Shown: one piece after another, positions 11,537-23,407 of the stretch
Position numbering within the stretch: the first letter of the stretch is position 1
Layout of the letters: every line of letters begins with the position of its first letter
NCBI RefSeq assembly: GCF_001194135.2
Contig: NC_068985.1
Location: 13,505,222-13,553,735, forward strand
Reading direction: 5' to 3'
Length of the DNA: 48,514 nucleotides
Origin: Octopus bimaculoides
Taxonomy: Eukaryota
The notes under the pieces: generated by a model
Database searches by the model: none
What the model saw: the letters and a program-made list of their open reading frames with translations, nothing else
Told to the model about the DNA's origin: nothing
Program-made: the position numbers and the translations under genes

Positions 11537-12577
11537 TTAATGGATGTATATATGAGTGCGAGTGAATGTATATGCATGCTTGTATATGAGTGCGTATTTG
11601 TATGTATGTACGCATATACGTATGTACGCATGTATGTATGTATGTATATACGCATGTATGTATGTATGTATGTATGTACGCATGTACGTATGTAAATATG
11701 TATGTATGTATATACGTACGTTTATGAGCACCATAATCATTTAAGTAAAATATCTGCAATATCCTTCCCTGTCATCATTGTAAATAGTTTCCCCAGGAAA
11801 TATTGATATAATTATCCTTGGAAATAGTCATGCTAGAATTTAATATACGTTTCCATTCTTTCATTTTGACACAAGAAGACGTTTGACCCGTTTTTAATTT
11901 GTTCTTTCCGTGTTGTTTCTCGCTTTGTTTGCAATTGCAAGCATGCTAGCAAAGTAACAGCATCGCATAAAAAGCTGGTGATAGATTTCCCTGACGAGAA
12001 TCGGACTAATGTTTGTAATGTTACGGAAACATATGTCCATCAGTAACAAACTCATTTACTTGTTGCAAAACGGAATTAGAACAAGCTTTTTTCATGGCTA
12101 TATTAAAAACATCGCAGGCCTATACAAGATATCTGCCAACAGCGTATTTCTGAGTACTGACTACTTCAAAAGTTTTCTCTTTTACTTGACAATATTGCAA
12201 CAGTTTACTTATAATTTCTTATTAGTTTTGGTGCTAATGTTATTATGGTTTTTTATCTATTATTTTTCTAAGAATTTTCTCCTTTATTTTTGTATTGCTG
12301 TAATGGTGATGTTGTAGCTGTTAAATGTCATAACATCGGCCAAGACATTCTCATCTTATAACAGTTTCCAATATTATTTTTAATTATTTCGTAATAGCAA
12401 AGACAAACCTAAAAGTAATCATGAGCGTTGGAATTATATAAAGGGCATTAAACATATATCACGTCTTCTCTTCCAACTTATGCGAAAGAAAATTAGATAA
12501 TTTTATTTTATTATTCTTTTACTGCTTTCAGTCCTTAGACTACGCATGGCCTTGCAGAATTTTAGTTTCCATATTTA

Positions 12578-12985
12578 GGCACAGGCAAGGCTGTGTAGTA
12601 AGAAGTTTGCTTTCCAGCCACATGGTTCCAGGTTCAGTCCCATTGCGTGGCACTTTGGGCAAGTGTCTTCACAAGATTTTGGTCAGCTTCGAGTTGACCA
12701 GAGTCCTGTGAGGGAATTCCATAGACGGAAACTGAAAGAAGCCCATTGAATATATATGTATGTGTATGCGTATCTTTGTGTCTGTTTCTCCCCCACCACT
12801 GCTTGACAACCAGTGTTTGGGTTTTTACGTCCCTGTAACTTAGCGGTTCAGCAAAAGCGATCTATAGAATAAGTACTATGCTAAAAAAAAATAATTACTG
12901 GGATAGATTGATTCAACTAAAATTCTTCAAGGCGGTGCCCCAGCTTGGTCGCAGTCTAATGACTGAAACAAAAAATAAAGATTAA
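12578..12985 (+). mobile_element. tRNA-derived SINE family B (diverged copy)
   Basis: Matches 29125-29530 end to end (head GGCTGTGT-GTAAG...GGTTCAGTCCCA; tail GCAGTCTAATGACTGAAACAA). Confidence 0.85.
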
Positions 12986-14246
12986 GATACTTATTCTGAT
13001 TCTTATTTCAGATACTATGTATCTCGGACTACAATAACCAATGTGTCCTTCATTACTAAGACAGTTCAGTAAATTTGAGGCAGATTTGGCTGTTGTTTCT
13101 CACATTTCGAGTGAACGCACACATAGTGTGATTCGGGTTACATCACACATAATTTTGAATCAAGGAGCCTTCGATTAGTTCTTGCTTCTAACTTACTGTC
13201 CCATTTATCCACGCCAACACAACAATACGCTAATGTTGCCATTCTAACTGGAAAGCAACGCCAAATGTTAAACAATATAATTATTTCTTTTACTATTGTT
13301 GGCTTGTTGAGAAAATCTTTCTGATCTTCATAACATCTCTAAAATATCGTTTATCAGTCAAGTACAACAGAAACGTGAACTATTTGTAACACTAAGTTCA
13401 AGCTTTAGTTTTGATTATTATTTTCTCGACGTTGAGGCCGTACTATTCTCGAAGACACTTCAATTTGACTCCAAACTTTCAAGTCAGAGGCAAACATAAA
13501 AGCAAGAACTCGGAGCTTTCCCATATTTTACCAATGCGTTTTGTTAGTCGTTTAATAATGTATAGATCTAGTCGATGATTCTGTTAGAGCCTACATTTTA
13601 TTTTAATTTTACAGCGCAGAAATATGGTAAGTTCAGCAAATATAACCGTCCGTTGGGGATTATAATTGCCTTATAAAAAGTGTGACCTTTCTCCTGAAGG
13701 ACGTACAGTAAATTTCGGGGATTTATTTTGTAAAAGAAATAGCATCATCAACGCCGGTAAATTCAGTATGTGTTGAGGCCATTTCACTTTCCTTAGGCCA
13801 TTAATACTTTAGTAAAATGCACAAGAGTCTCGTAACCTGTTTTTGATTTCACAATAAATCTCTAACATTTTCTCGTAAATGTAAAAAAATCAATGTCTCT
13901 ATATATTCCAAAACAACAGAGTTACAGAAACTGGAGAGTGGGATAATGTCGGTCGTCAACTGAAAGAATTATATCTTTTGCTTGTTTCAGCCATTAAACT
14001 GTGACCATGCTGGGGCACTGCCTTGATTAAACTGCAGTTTTCTTAAAAAGCTTAGAGTTGAATTATATCGAACAGGCTGCCAGCCGACGACTATTCACAG
14101 ACGCGCTCCCGCTACCGTAAGATGTGCAAGCAAAAATATGTATGAGATTGTTAAGTTTATGTAGAGTGGAAACGATAACATGGGGTTGCAATTCGAGACG
14201 ATACGTACTAACGGAATAGCTAGCCATGTGTAATCGGGTGTAAAAT

Positions 14247-14447
14247 TTGTTTCAATTTTGGCAAAAAATCAGCAACTGAGGAAGGAGTAGCCGATTACGT
14301 CGACCCTGGTACTTGATTTAATCGACTCCGAAAGGATGAAAGGCAAAGTTGACCTCGGTAGTATTTGAACTCAGAACATAAATAGCCGGAAGAAATGCTG
14401 CTAAACATTTTTCTCGGCACGTTGGCGATTCTGCCAGCTCACCGTCT
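14247..14447 (-). mobile_element. SINE family A copy
   Basis: Reverse complement of family A (GGATGAAAGGCAAAGTTGACCTCGG...TTTGAACTCAGAAC...CTGCCAGCTCACCG). Confidence 0.82.
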
Positions 14448-14528
14448 CAATTGGGGGCAATGCCTACATGGTAGGATGTGTGTATGAACGGATGGGCGTG
14501 AGGGGGAGTGTAGGTAGCCACAAATAAT

Positions 14529-14902
14529 TGTTGTTGGCACTCCGTCGCTTACGACGTCGAGGGTTCCAGTTGATCCGATCAACGGAACAGCCTGCTCGTG
14601 AAATTAACGTGCAAGTGGCTGAGCACTCCACAGACACGTGTAGTTCTCGGGGATATTCAGCGTGACACAGTGTGACAATGCTGACCCTTTAAATTACAGG
14701 CACAACAGAAATAGGAAGTAAGAGTGAGAGAAAGTTGTGGTGGAAGAGTACAGCAGGGTTCACCACCATCCCCTGCCGGAGCCTCGAGGAGCTTTAGGTG
14801 TTTTCGCTCAATAAACACTCACAACGCCCGGTCTGGGAATCGAAACCGCGATCCTATGACCGCGAGTCCGCTGCTCTAACCACTGGGCCATTGCGCCTCC
14901 AC
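14529..14902 (-). mobile_element. tRNA-derived SINE family D, full length with 13-bp TSD
   Basis: Head with A box (TGGCCCAGTGG) and B box (GTTTCGATTCC); tail ends in (CAA)n; direct repeat AGCCACAAATAAT at 14516-14528 and 14903-14915. Confidence 0.9.
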
Positions 14903-15293
14903 AGCCACAAATAATAGTTTGGATGTAAACAAGGCATCATATATGCGGAAGCTGAGGATGCTCTGTATTGTTCATGAGTAGAAGTTCATCAGTGCGTGCC
15001 TCGACTTATCAATATGCTATAGATACCTAGCTGTTTTCACAGCATCCTTCTAGAAGCGGGACATCCTTCTGGTGTAAAACCAGCGGTTTCACGTGGTCGT
15101 CTCTCTTTGGCCTACTACTAGGTACTAATTATAGAGAGTAGGAGAGTACTACTCGTGTTGTACAATTATTTATCACTATTATCCAATGATGTACAGATGT
15201 CTCTTTACGGCGACATTTGTCATTCCATCTATTGAAAGTCCCAAACTAGCCTAACCATCGTTGTCATGTACGGAAACTTAAACTCTGTACGCT

Positions 15294-15510
15294 ATTTATT
15301 TACATTATTTACATTTGACGGATATTTGTCCTCATCGAAAAATACCTTAGGAATGAGAACCCAGGTTCGAAATTTCCCCAGGACACCTGATGAAGCCGAA
15401 ACGTTGTGTTAATAAGAAACAAGATGTGTTAACAACAAACAAATATCCGTCAAATATAAGTAATGTAAATAATGTAAATAATTACTCGTCTCTTAAATAT
15501 AGACTGTATT
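15294..15510 (+). mobile_element. Penelope-like pseudo-LTR with inverted terminal segment
   Basis: 15294-15336 is the inverted copy of ~15423-15482. The body (AAAAATACCTTAGGAATGAGAACCCAG...GGACACCTGATGAAG...) recurs at 16370-16470 (-) and 17015-17130 (+), beside a GIY-YIG ORF. Confidence 0.78.
15382..15410 (+). ncRNA. Minimal type-I hammerhead motif with deleted stem II (probably inactive)
   Basis: GACAC-CTGATGA-AGCC-GAA-ACGT-T^GTGTT. Stem I is 5 bp, the core is intact and stem III is palindromic (ACGT); stem II is collapsed relative to the copy at 16401-16450. Confidence 0.65.
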
Positions 15511-15732
15511 CAATTCCATAGATAGAACGAACATATCTTGCCCTTTCTTTGCTGAAGTGTTCATCTTGAATCCATACAGCAAAGATTTATATTTCACAGA
15601 TTTATATTTCACCCATAATATAGACCGAAGCGTAGAAATAATAAATAAGAATACAAAACTTGTAAACTGAACTTCGAAGTCACTGTCAACTTATAACTGG
15701 AAAATATATGTGCTCATATATACATAGATTCA

Positions 15733-15766
<34 letters not shown>

Positions 15767-15774
15767 TACATACA

Positions 15775-15808
<34 letters not shown>

Positions 15809-16364
15809 NNNNNNNNNNNNNNNNNNNNNNNNNNNNNNNNNNNNNNNNNNNNNNNNNNNNNNNNNNNNNNNNNNNNNNNNNNNNNNNNNNNNNNNNNNNN
15901 NNNNNNNNNNNNNNNNNNNNNNNNNNNNNNNNNNNNNNNNNNNNNNNNNNNNNNNNNNNNNNNNNNNNNNNNNNNNNNNNNNNNNNNNNNNNNNNNNNNN
16001 NNNNNNNNNNNNNNNNNNNNNNNNNNNNNNNNNNNNNNNNNNNNNNNNNNNNNNNNNNNNNNNNNNNNNNNNNNNNNNNNNNNNNNNNNNNNNNNNNNNN
16101 NNNNNNNNNNNNNNNNNNNNNNNNNNNNNNNNNNNNNNNNNNNNNNNNNNNNNNNNNNNNNNNNNNNNNNNNNNNNNNNNNNNNNNNNNNNNNNNNNNNN
16201 NNNNNNNNNNNNNNNNNNNNNNNNNNNNNNNNNNNNNNNNNNNNNNNNNNNNNNNNNNNNNNNNNNNNNNNNNNNNNNNNNNNNNNNNNNNNNNNNNNNN
16301 NNNNNNNNNNNNNNNNNNNNNNNNNNNNNNNNNNNNNNNNTATATATATATATATATATATATA

Positions 16365-16955
16365 TTACATTGGACGAATATGTGTGTTCATTTTGTTTGT
16401 TGTTACCACAAAGTTGTGGCTGATTTACTCTCCAGCCTTTATCAGGTGTCCTGGTGGAATTTTTGAGTGGGCGATATGTTTCGCCTTTGTATAACCTACC
16501 ACAGCTACATGGGATGGAGTACACACAGTCTTTGGTCATATTCTCTTCTATTGTTGGTTTTACTCGAAGGAGGTATTTGCGAAGTGTCGTACTACTCTTG
16601 AATACTGTCCTGATGTCATATGGAGTGCATATCCTTTGCATCTTTTCCGAGAGACCTTTCACATAGGGTAGACAGACTATGGTCAGTTTATGGGTTTCAT
16701 CCTCTCTTTTCTTCCTAATTGGAGTGGATAGTATGTTTTTGGGGTAGTTGTTGCTTAACAGATTGTTATTTAGCTTAATCATTTCTTTGTGGTGTGTATC
16801 AGGATCGCTACTTATATTCTTTACTCGATGTTTTAGGCACTGAGCAATCCCTCTTTTTGCACTGTATGGATGGTGGGAATTGAAGTTGAGGCATCGTCCA
16901 GTGAATTTTCGCTTGCGATATATGGGTGTCCAGAATCCATGTCCAGTACCTTGAA
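16365..16955 (-). mobile_element. Penelope-like element fragment (RT thumb, linker, start of GIY-YIG endonuclease, then pseudo-LTR)
   Basis: IYRKRKFTGRCLNFNSHHPYSAKRGIAQCL...CLPYVKGLSEKMQRIC...VYSIPCSCGRLYKGETYRPL are the typical PLE motifs (YLNFNSHHP, LPYV.GLSE, VY.IPC.CG..YIGET). The ORF breaks into the pseudo-LTR at ~16465. Confidence 0.88.
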
Positions 16956-16960
16956 TAAAC

Positions 16961-17009
<49 letters not shown>

Positions 17010-17014
17010 TCAGC

Positions 17015-17130
17015 AAAAATACCTTAGGAATAAGAACCCAGAATTCAACCAAAACGTTATGGTAACAACAAACAAGATGAAGACACATATCCGTAAATAA
17101 TGTAAATAATGTACAGAATTCTTCATCAAT
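17015..17130 (+). mobile_element. Inverted, internally deleted pseudo-LTR copy of the same Penelope-like family
   Basis: AAAAATACCTTAGGAATAAGAACCCAG...CCAAAACGTTATGGTAACAACAAACAAGATG...ATATCCGTAAATAATGTAAATAATGTA aligns with 15338-15490. Confidence 0.8.
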
Positions 17131-17504
17131 ATATATACATATCTATATACACACACATGCATACGTATGTACGTATACATGCATGTTGTATATATAAATA
17201 TATAGAGATTTACTCTTAACTATATACAGATATTTTTTAACTAAACTAGGTGTGACGTTAAATTTTCTTCCTATTCATACATACAAATGTATACACCGAT
17301 TATTATAGAATTATATACGCGTATATCCATGCGAACCGTACCTAAACGTTCGACCATTCTTCCTTATATCTTATTTTTCCATTTTCTTATCTTTAGACAC
17401 AAATATTTTTCGAAACATTATTGATTACTAATGTTCCAGAGAAATGGTTTAATTCTTGTGGGAAATATCTACCACAGTTCTTATGTGATTATTTCATTTA
17501 CGAA

Positions 17505-17536
<32 letters not shown>

Positions 17537-17635
17537 TACACACACATGTATGTATATATAGTGAGAGAGAGATACATACATACACACATACATATATACA
17601 TACATAGATACATACATAGATACAGATAGATACAC

Positions 17636-17637
<2 letters not shown>

Positions 17638-17696
<59 letters not shown>

Positions 17697-17724
17697 GGTA
17701 GGTAGGTAGGTAGGTAGGTAGGTG

Positions 17725-17780
<56 letters not shown>
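17638..17780. repeat. Compound (GACA)n(GGTA)n(GATA)n microsatellite
   Basis: Directly visible. Confidence 0.97.
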
Positions 17781-17781
<1 letters not shown>

Positions 17782-18043
17782 CACATACTCACATATATTG
17801 AAAGGAAGAAGATAAAAATATAAGCATGTATGTCTGTATGTGTATATAATATATATATNNNNNNNNNNNNNNNNNNNNNNNNNNNNNNNNNNNNNNNNNN
17901 NNNNNNNNNNNNNNNNNNNNNNNNNNNNNNNNNNNNNNNNNNNNNNNNNNNNNNNNNNNNNNNNNNNNNNNNNNNNNNNNNNNNNNNNNNNNNNNNNNNN
18001 NNNNNNNNNNNNNNNNNNNNNNNNNNNNNNNNNNNNNNNNNNN

Positions 18044-18091
<48 letters not shown>

Positions 18092-18470
18092 TGTGTGTGT
18101 ATGTGTGTGTGTGTGTCTAGATATACATACATATACATATGCATGCAGATGTATGCATATATGTATGTCTTTATGTATAATTTGCTTATCATCCTCCATT
18201 CATTGTCTATTCTTTCCTATTTACTTCCCACATGTTCATTGTCGACTTACTTTTCCCATTTACTTTAATTCTTAACTCTGTCCCAATATTCTCCCCCATT
18301 TATGGGGAGACTGCCGTGTATACAGTTAGAACTTTTAGAAAGAGTCATACATATGGTCTTGTGGTAATTCTCCACCTCACATCCCTTTCTGCTGGGGGTT
18401 CATATCCCAGTCTTGTCAGTGTAATTTATCAATCCTCTCTTCTATGTAATGTTAATAGTCGTGAAGAATA

Positions 18471-18709
18471 AGGCGGTGAGCTGGCAGAAACGTTAGCACG
18501 CCGGGCGAAATGCTTAGCGATATTTCGTCTGTCTTTACGTTCTGAGTTCAAATTCCGCTGAGATCGACTTTGCCTATCATCCTTCCGGGTTCAATAAATT
18601 CAGTACCATTTGCGTACTGGGATCGATCTAATCGACTTAATCCGTTTGTCTGTCCTTGTTTATCCACTCTGTCTGTAGCCCCTTGTGGGCAGTAAAGAAA
18701 TAAGAATAC
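18471..18709 (+). mobile_element. SINE family A variant with alternative (Tx1-like) tail
   Basis: Family A up to ...AATCGACT, then TAATCCGTTTGTCTGTCCTTGTTT...GTAGCCCCTTGTGGGCAGTAAAGAAATA; the same junction occurs in 26662-26889. Confidence 0.85.
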
Positions 18710-20002
18710 ACTTGGTGTGACAAAAAAGACATGTATATGCAGTGCATGCAAACCATACAAATTTTGTATAGGAAGAATAGACGTCGTCACGACAGAACAA
18801 ATAGAAAAGGCGTTAAAGCAGATTTGGGAAGATATAATATACCTGACTAGAGGTTCAGCATTTGGAACAGTAGAAGTGAGGTTTCGTAATGCAGCAGCAG
18901 CAAGTAAACATGCAGCGTCGACAATTCGGAGCGAAGAAGTGGTGCTGTTGCCCACGTATAGGGGCATGAGAGCAACAAGGGTCACGGTGGAAGGAATCCC
19001 ATCGGAGATTGATGTGACTTGGGTGGCAGATGCAGTCCTCTTTGGTAATGAGGACAACATAGTAGTGCTCCAGGCCAAGAAAAAAGAGTGCGTCAACTGG
19101 AGAGGTCAATCACTGGAGATGATAGTTCAAGGTTCAAAAGAAACGATGGAAAAGATTACAGAAACCATAATTATGGAAGAAACAGTTATGACTGTCAGGG
19201 TGGAAGGAAGAGTTCTACGTTGCTTTAAATTTGGCCTGAAGGGACACATAAGAGCAGAAGGTACATCAAAGCCAAGAAAAAAGTGACCAGAAAATGCGGA
19301 AGAGAAGATAGAAGAGAGCTGTAGAAAGGAAGTAACCGAAAAAGAAAAGGAAGTAGCGGAAACAGGAAAAAATAAATGGGAAAATGTAACTGGAAAAAAA
19401 CGAAAAAAGGCAAGTGAGATAAACTGTAACCCACATTCCACACCCATCCCACCCACACCCTTTCAGACCCATCCACGCCCATCCGACACAAAAACAAGAA
19501 GCAAGCACATACAAAGAAACCCAAAACCCCTCCCCCAAGTCAAAAAAGAGAAGGAAAAGTGTAGGATTTATATGTTGCTTAGCGACGAACTGTTAAGGGA
19601 AACGGCGGAATGGGACATAAAGTGTATTGGAACTGCGGGGTATGATAACGTGGAGGAACATCACTTGTGTGTAATACCAGATAAGAAGCAAGAGGAAAAA
19701 ATATAAGAGTATATGGTTGGATTTTGTTTTTGGGAGGTGGACTACAGCTGGAGCTCATTCCCAGGATTTACTACGTACGATGGGTGGTTAGAGGAAACAG
19801 GTATCGATGTGTTAGAAGGTTCAGGATTTAAAAGGTAGAAAATGAGGCCACTCGTAAGTGGGGCGAGTGGTTCCATTTCCATTTTATCATTTTCATGTCT
19901 TCATACGTTATAACATTCATTTCTATTTTTTATATATGTTTTATGTACCACATGTTTTGTATTGTCACCCCTATGTTAGCCCGCATGGGTAATAAAGAAA
20001 CA
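18710..20002 (+). mobile_element. Putative ORF1-only non-autonomous retroelement
   Basis: The ORF above is followed by a ~165-nt 3' UTR with hairpin CCACTCG..CGAGTGG and the tail CCCCTATGTTAGCCCGCATGGGTAATAAAGAAACA. It abuts the SINE-A internal sequence GGTATTTCGTCTGCC at 20003. Confidence 0.62.
18717..19838 (+). pseudogene. Degraded ORF1 (gag-like) of a non-LTR retroelement; 374 codons in one frame with 2 internal stops
   Basis: RRM-like pattern (GTVEVRFRN..AA...PTYRG.R.TRVTVEGIP) and a decayed zinc knuckle RCFKFGLKGHIRAEG (CX2CX4HX4C with TGT>TTT and TGT>GGT). An E/K-rich and P-rich linker follows, then a ~90-aa C-terminal region. Internal stops at 19284-19286 and 19704-19706, final TAG at 19836-19838. 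No endonuclease or RT follows. Confidence 0.7.
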
Positions 20003-20480
20003 GGTATTTCGTCTGCCGTTACGTTCTCAGTTCAAATTCCGCCGAGAGATCGACTTTGCCTTTCATCCTTTCGGCGTTGATAAAGTAAGTACCAGTTGCA
20101 TACTGTGGTCGATCTAATCGACTGGCNNNNNNNNNNTAGCGGTATTTCGTCTGCCGCTACGTTCTGAGTTCAAATTCCCCCGAGGTCGACTTTGCCTTTC
20201 ATCATTTCGGGGTTGATAAATTAAGTACCAGTTGCGTATTTCGGACCTTGTGCCTAGAGTAGAAGAGAATATTCTTTCTAATTTTGGCACAAGGCCTACA
20301 ATTTTGAGGGACGGTGTGAATCAAATGCATCTACCCCTGCGTTCGACTGATACTTATTTAACTGAGAATAAAATATAATATTGACGACGACAGAAGTTGA
20401 ACTCAGAACATAAAACAAGAAAACACACCATAAAGCATTTTGTTAGGAACGCTAGCGATTTTGCCAGCTCGCCATCTTAA
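20003..20480. mobile_element. Cluster of SINE family A pieces (two + strand, one degenerate - strand)
   Basis: 20003-20126 and 20137-20270 match the family A body; 20280-20480 is a diverged reverse copy. Confidence 0.8.
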
Positions 20481-20944
20481 CAACAAACGCCATTGCTACT
20501 AATACTAATAGTTACTACAGCATACAGTCGCTCTGTAGTATGGGAACAAAACAGATGAGGATTTGCTTTCCCAATAGAGAGATTAATATAAATGGAAATG
20601 GCGATTTTTTCTTTATTCTCTTTATCTTCTATTGGTTTTTTTTACTTTTGTTTGTTTGTTTTGTTTTGTTTTTTTTGGTTTTTTTTAGTTGTCTCCTCCT
20701 CTTACGAAAAGCATAACGGTTTCACAATATAACGGGAAGAAGCAAAGGAAATGTGTTACTTTGGAAAAGAAAAACCAAACTGTTTGAACGAATGCGTAAT
20801 CTTACGGATGCTTATATACAAATAAGAGGAAAATGCATTCTTATATCAATACGTATCTATATATATTTACGTATTTGTATATCTATTTGTGTTATATGTA
20901 TGTTTATATTTATGTATGTATATTCTTTTTTATTATTCTTTTAT

Positions 20945-21248
20945 TTGCTTCAGCTATTTGACTGCAGCCATGCTGGAGCACTACCTTTTAGTCGAATAAA
21001 TTGACCCCAGGACTTACCCTTGTAAGCCTAGTAGCTATTCGATCGGTCTCTTTTGCCGGACTGCTAGATTACGGGGACGTAAGCAAACCAGCATCTGTTG
21101 TCAAGCGATGGTGGGGGACAAACACAGCCACACATACATATATAGATACACAGACACACACACACACACNNNNNNNNNNCTCGCAGTGGGACTGAACCCG
21201 GAACCATATGGTTGGTAAGTAAGCTACTTACCACACAGCCACTCCTGC
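20945..21248 (-). mobile_element. SINE family B copy (interrupted by a 10-N gap)
   Basis: Reverse complement of 29125-29530. Confidence 0.88.
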
Positions 21249-23045
21249 GCCCGTACATACATACATACATACATATGTTTATGCAGTTATCACATTCTAC
21301 CCACAGGTATCACATTCGGTTAAAATGTCTTACAATTAAGTCGGCTCTTATGTATTTCCCTGAAGAGAAGATTAGATCTTTATCAACATCACTTATTCCT
21401 TTGGAAGGAACCATTTGTAATCTTCGAAACGTATGTCGTAAATAAAAGAACTCACTTAACATATGCGTATTACTCCATTTATTCAATTTTATATTTACTC
21501 AAATACCCCAAACTAACGGGGAGTTTCTACCTCGTAAACAGGAGTTACACTACAGTCATTTTGTGATCTTTGCTACTCTGGTATCTATTAACCAATTTGT
21601 TTTGTCGGAGTTAATTTTTAACTAAGAGAAAATAAATACATATAATCAAATATACATATATATATATATATGTATATACATACATATATATACACATATA
21701 TATGCGTGTATATATATATTCACATATATATATGGTGTGTGTATGTGAACGCATGTGTGTGTGTGTATATATATATATATATAAATTTATACATTTTAAA
21801 TACAAATATATATACTATATATTGTATGTGCACACACGTATACACACATAGAGACGTGCACGCACACACGCATACACACACACATATGTATATATATTTA
21901 CATATCAATATTTACGTATATAGTTGATTCTATTCCACTTTACTTAAAGTACTTTGGGTGCAGAGCATTTCCTCCGCCTTCGTCAGATGTTAGGAGACAG
22001 AATACAGGGAATGTGTGTGCATGTTCGTTTATGTACGTGTGGTACGATAGCTGTGCGTGTGAGCTAATTACTGCATAAACTATATATATATATTGCTTGC
22101 ATGTTCTCTCGAGATCAATGTAATAGTAAATATACCACGGCACCCGACATGGAGTTGATATGGAATGAGTTTGCCAATGTGAAGAAAAACTTACGGTGAA
22201 CGAAATTTCGATGTGAGTGGTGTGTCGGCGAAGGAAGAATTTGTATGCGCTCTGGCTGTATTACAGAAAAAAGAGTAAATTATTGAAAGAGAAAACCCTG
22301 TAACTACCTCACAAAGGAAATAAAGAAAAAGGGAAAAGGGTGGAATTCAGCAACAGAAGATGAGGGTAAGGAGATTAATGGGTTGTACACCCCAGACCAA
22401 ATGGCGTGTTCAAATTATAGGACTTATGTAATGTGAAGAGAACATTCACTGACAAAAGGAACAAATGAATTTTGATCCTTTCCTTGTAACCTCTGTATAA
22501 TGTATGCAACGCAACTTGAAGAAAGAATATTCTTAGAGATCGAAATATAAGAAGTTACACTAGCATTGACAGGTATAGACATCGATAATATGAAACAATA
22601 TTACCAAAACATCTGTAAACTATAAAGCATAACAGACCAGGCATAATGATCACAAACAGGAAAATAAAAATGTGTAAAGTATTAGAAATCAGTTGACCAA
22701 CAGACGTTAAAATGATATTAAACATAAAAGGAAAAGAAATCTACTAGAAAAATCTGCTGTTATTACATCCGCGCATTAAATTTAAATTTATAACTGTGGT
22801 TAATGGGGCGCTTCGTATGCAACTAAGTGCAACAACACGAATTCTGTGAGACTGAGCTACGCAAAAATAAAATGGCGTGACTAATCATATGACATCAGTT
22901 ACAGTAGAATGGCGAAAATAGGTAAAACATTTTAAATCCTGAGCGTGGGAGGCATTTCCATGTATATATGTATTGTCATGCATTCGTATGTATATACATC
23001 CATATATACGTCAAAATATAATGATTCAGACAGGCATTGATTATA

Positions 23046-23122
<77 letters not shown>

Positions 23123-23407
23123 GGGATAAAAATTTTATTTTNNNNNNNNNNNNNNNNNNNNNNNNNNNNNNNNNNNNNNNNNNNNNNNNNNNNNNNNNNN
23201 NNNNNNNNNNNNNNNNNNNNNNNNNNNNNNNNNNNNNNNNNNNNNNNNNNNNNNNNNNNNNNNNNNNNNNNNNNNNNNNNNNNNNNNNNNNNNNNNNNNN
23301 NNNNNNNNNNNNNNNNNNNNNNNNNNNNNNNNNNNNNNNNNNNNNNNNNNNNNNNNNNNNNNNNNNNNNNNNNNNNNNNNNNATATATATATATATATAT
23401 ATATATA

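Noticed and set aside
14830-14902. tRNA-like sequences with A and B boxes (also at 24874, 29125, 36711, 45225)
   Set aside because: They lack an acceptor-stem closure and continue into SINE bodies with tails and TSDs, so they are SINE heads rather than tRNA genes.
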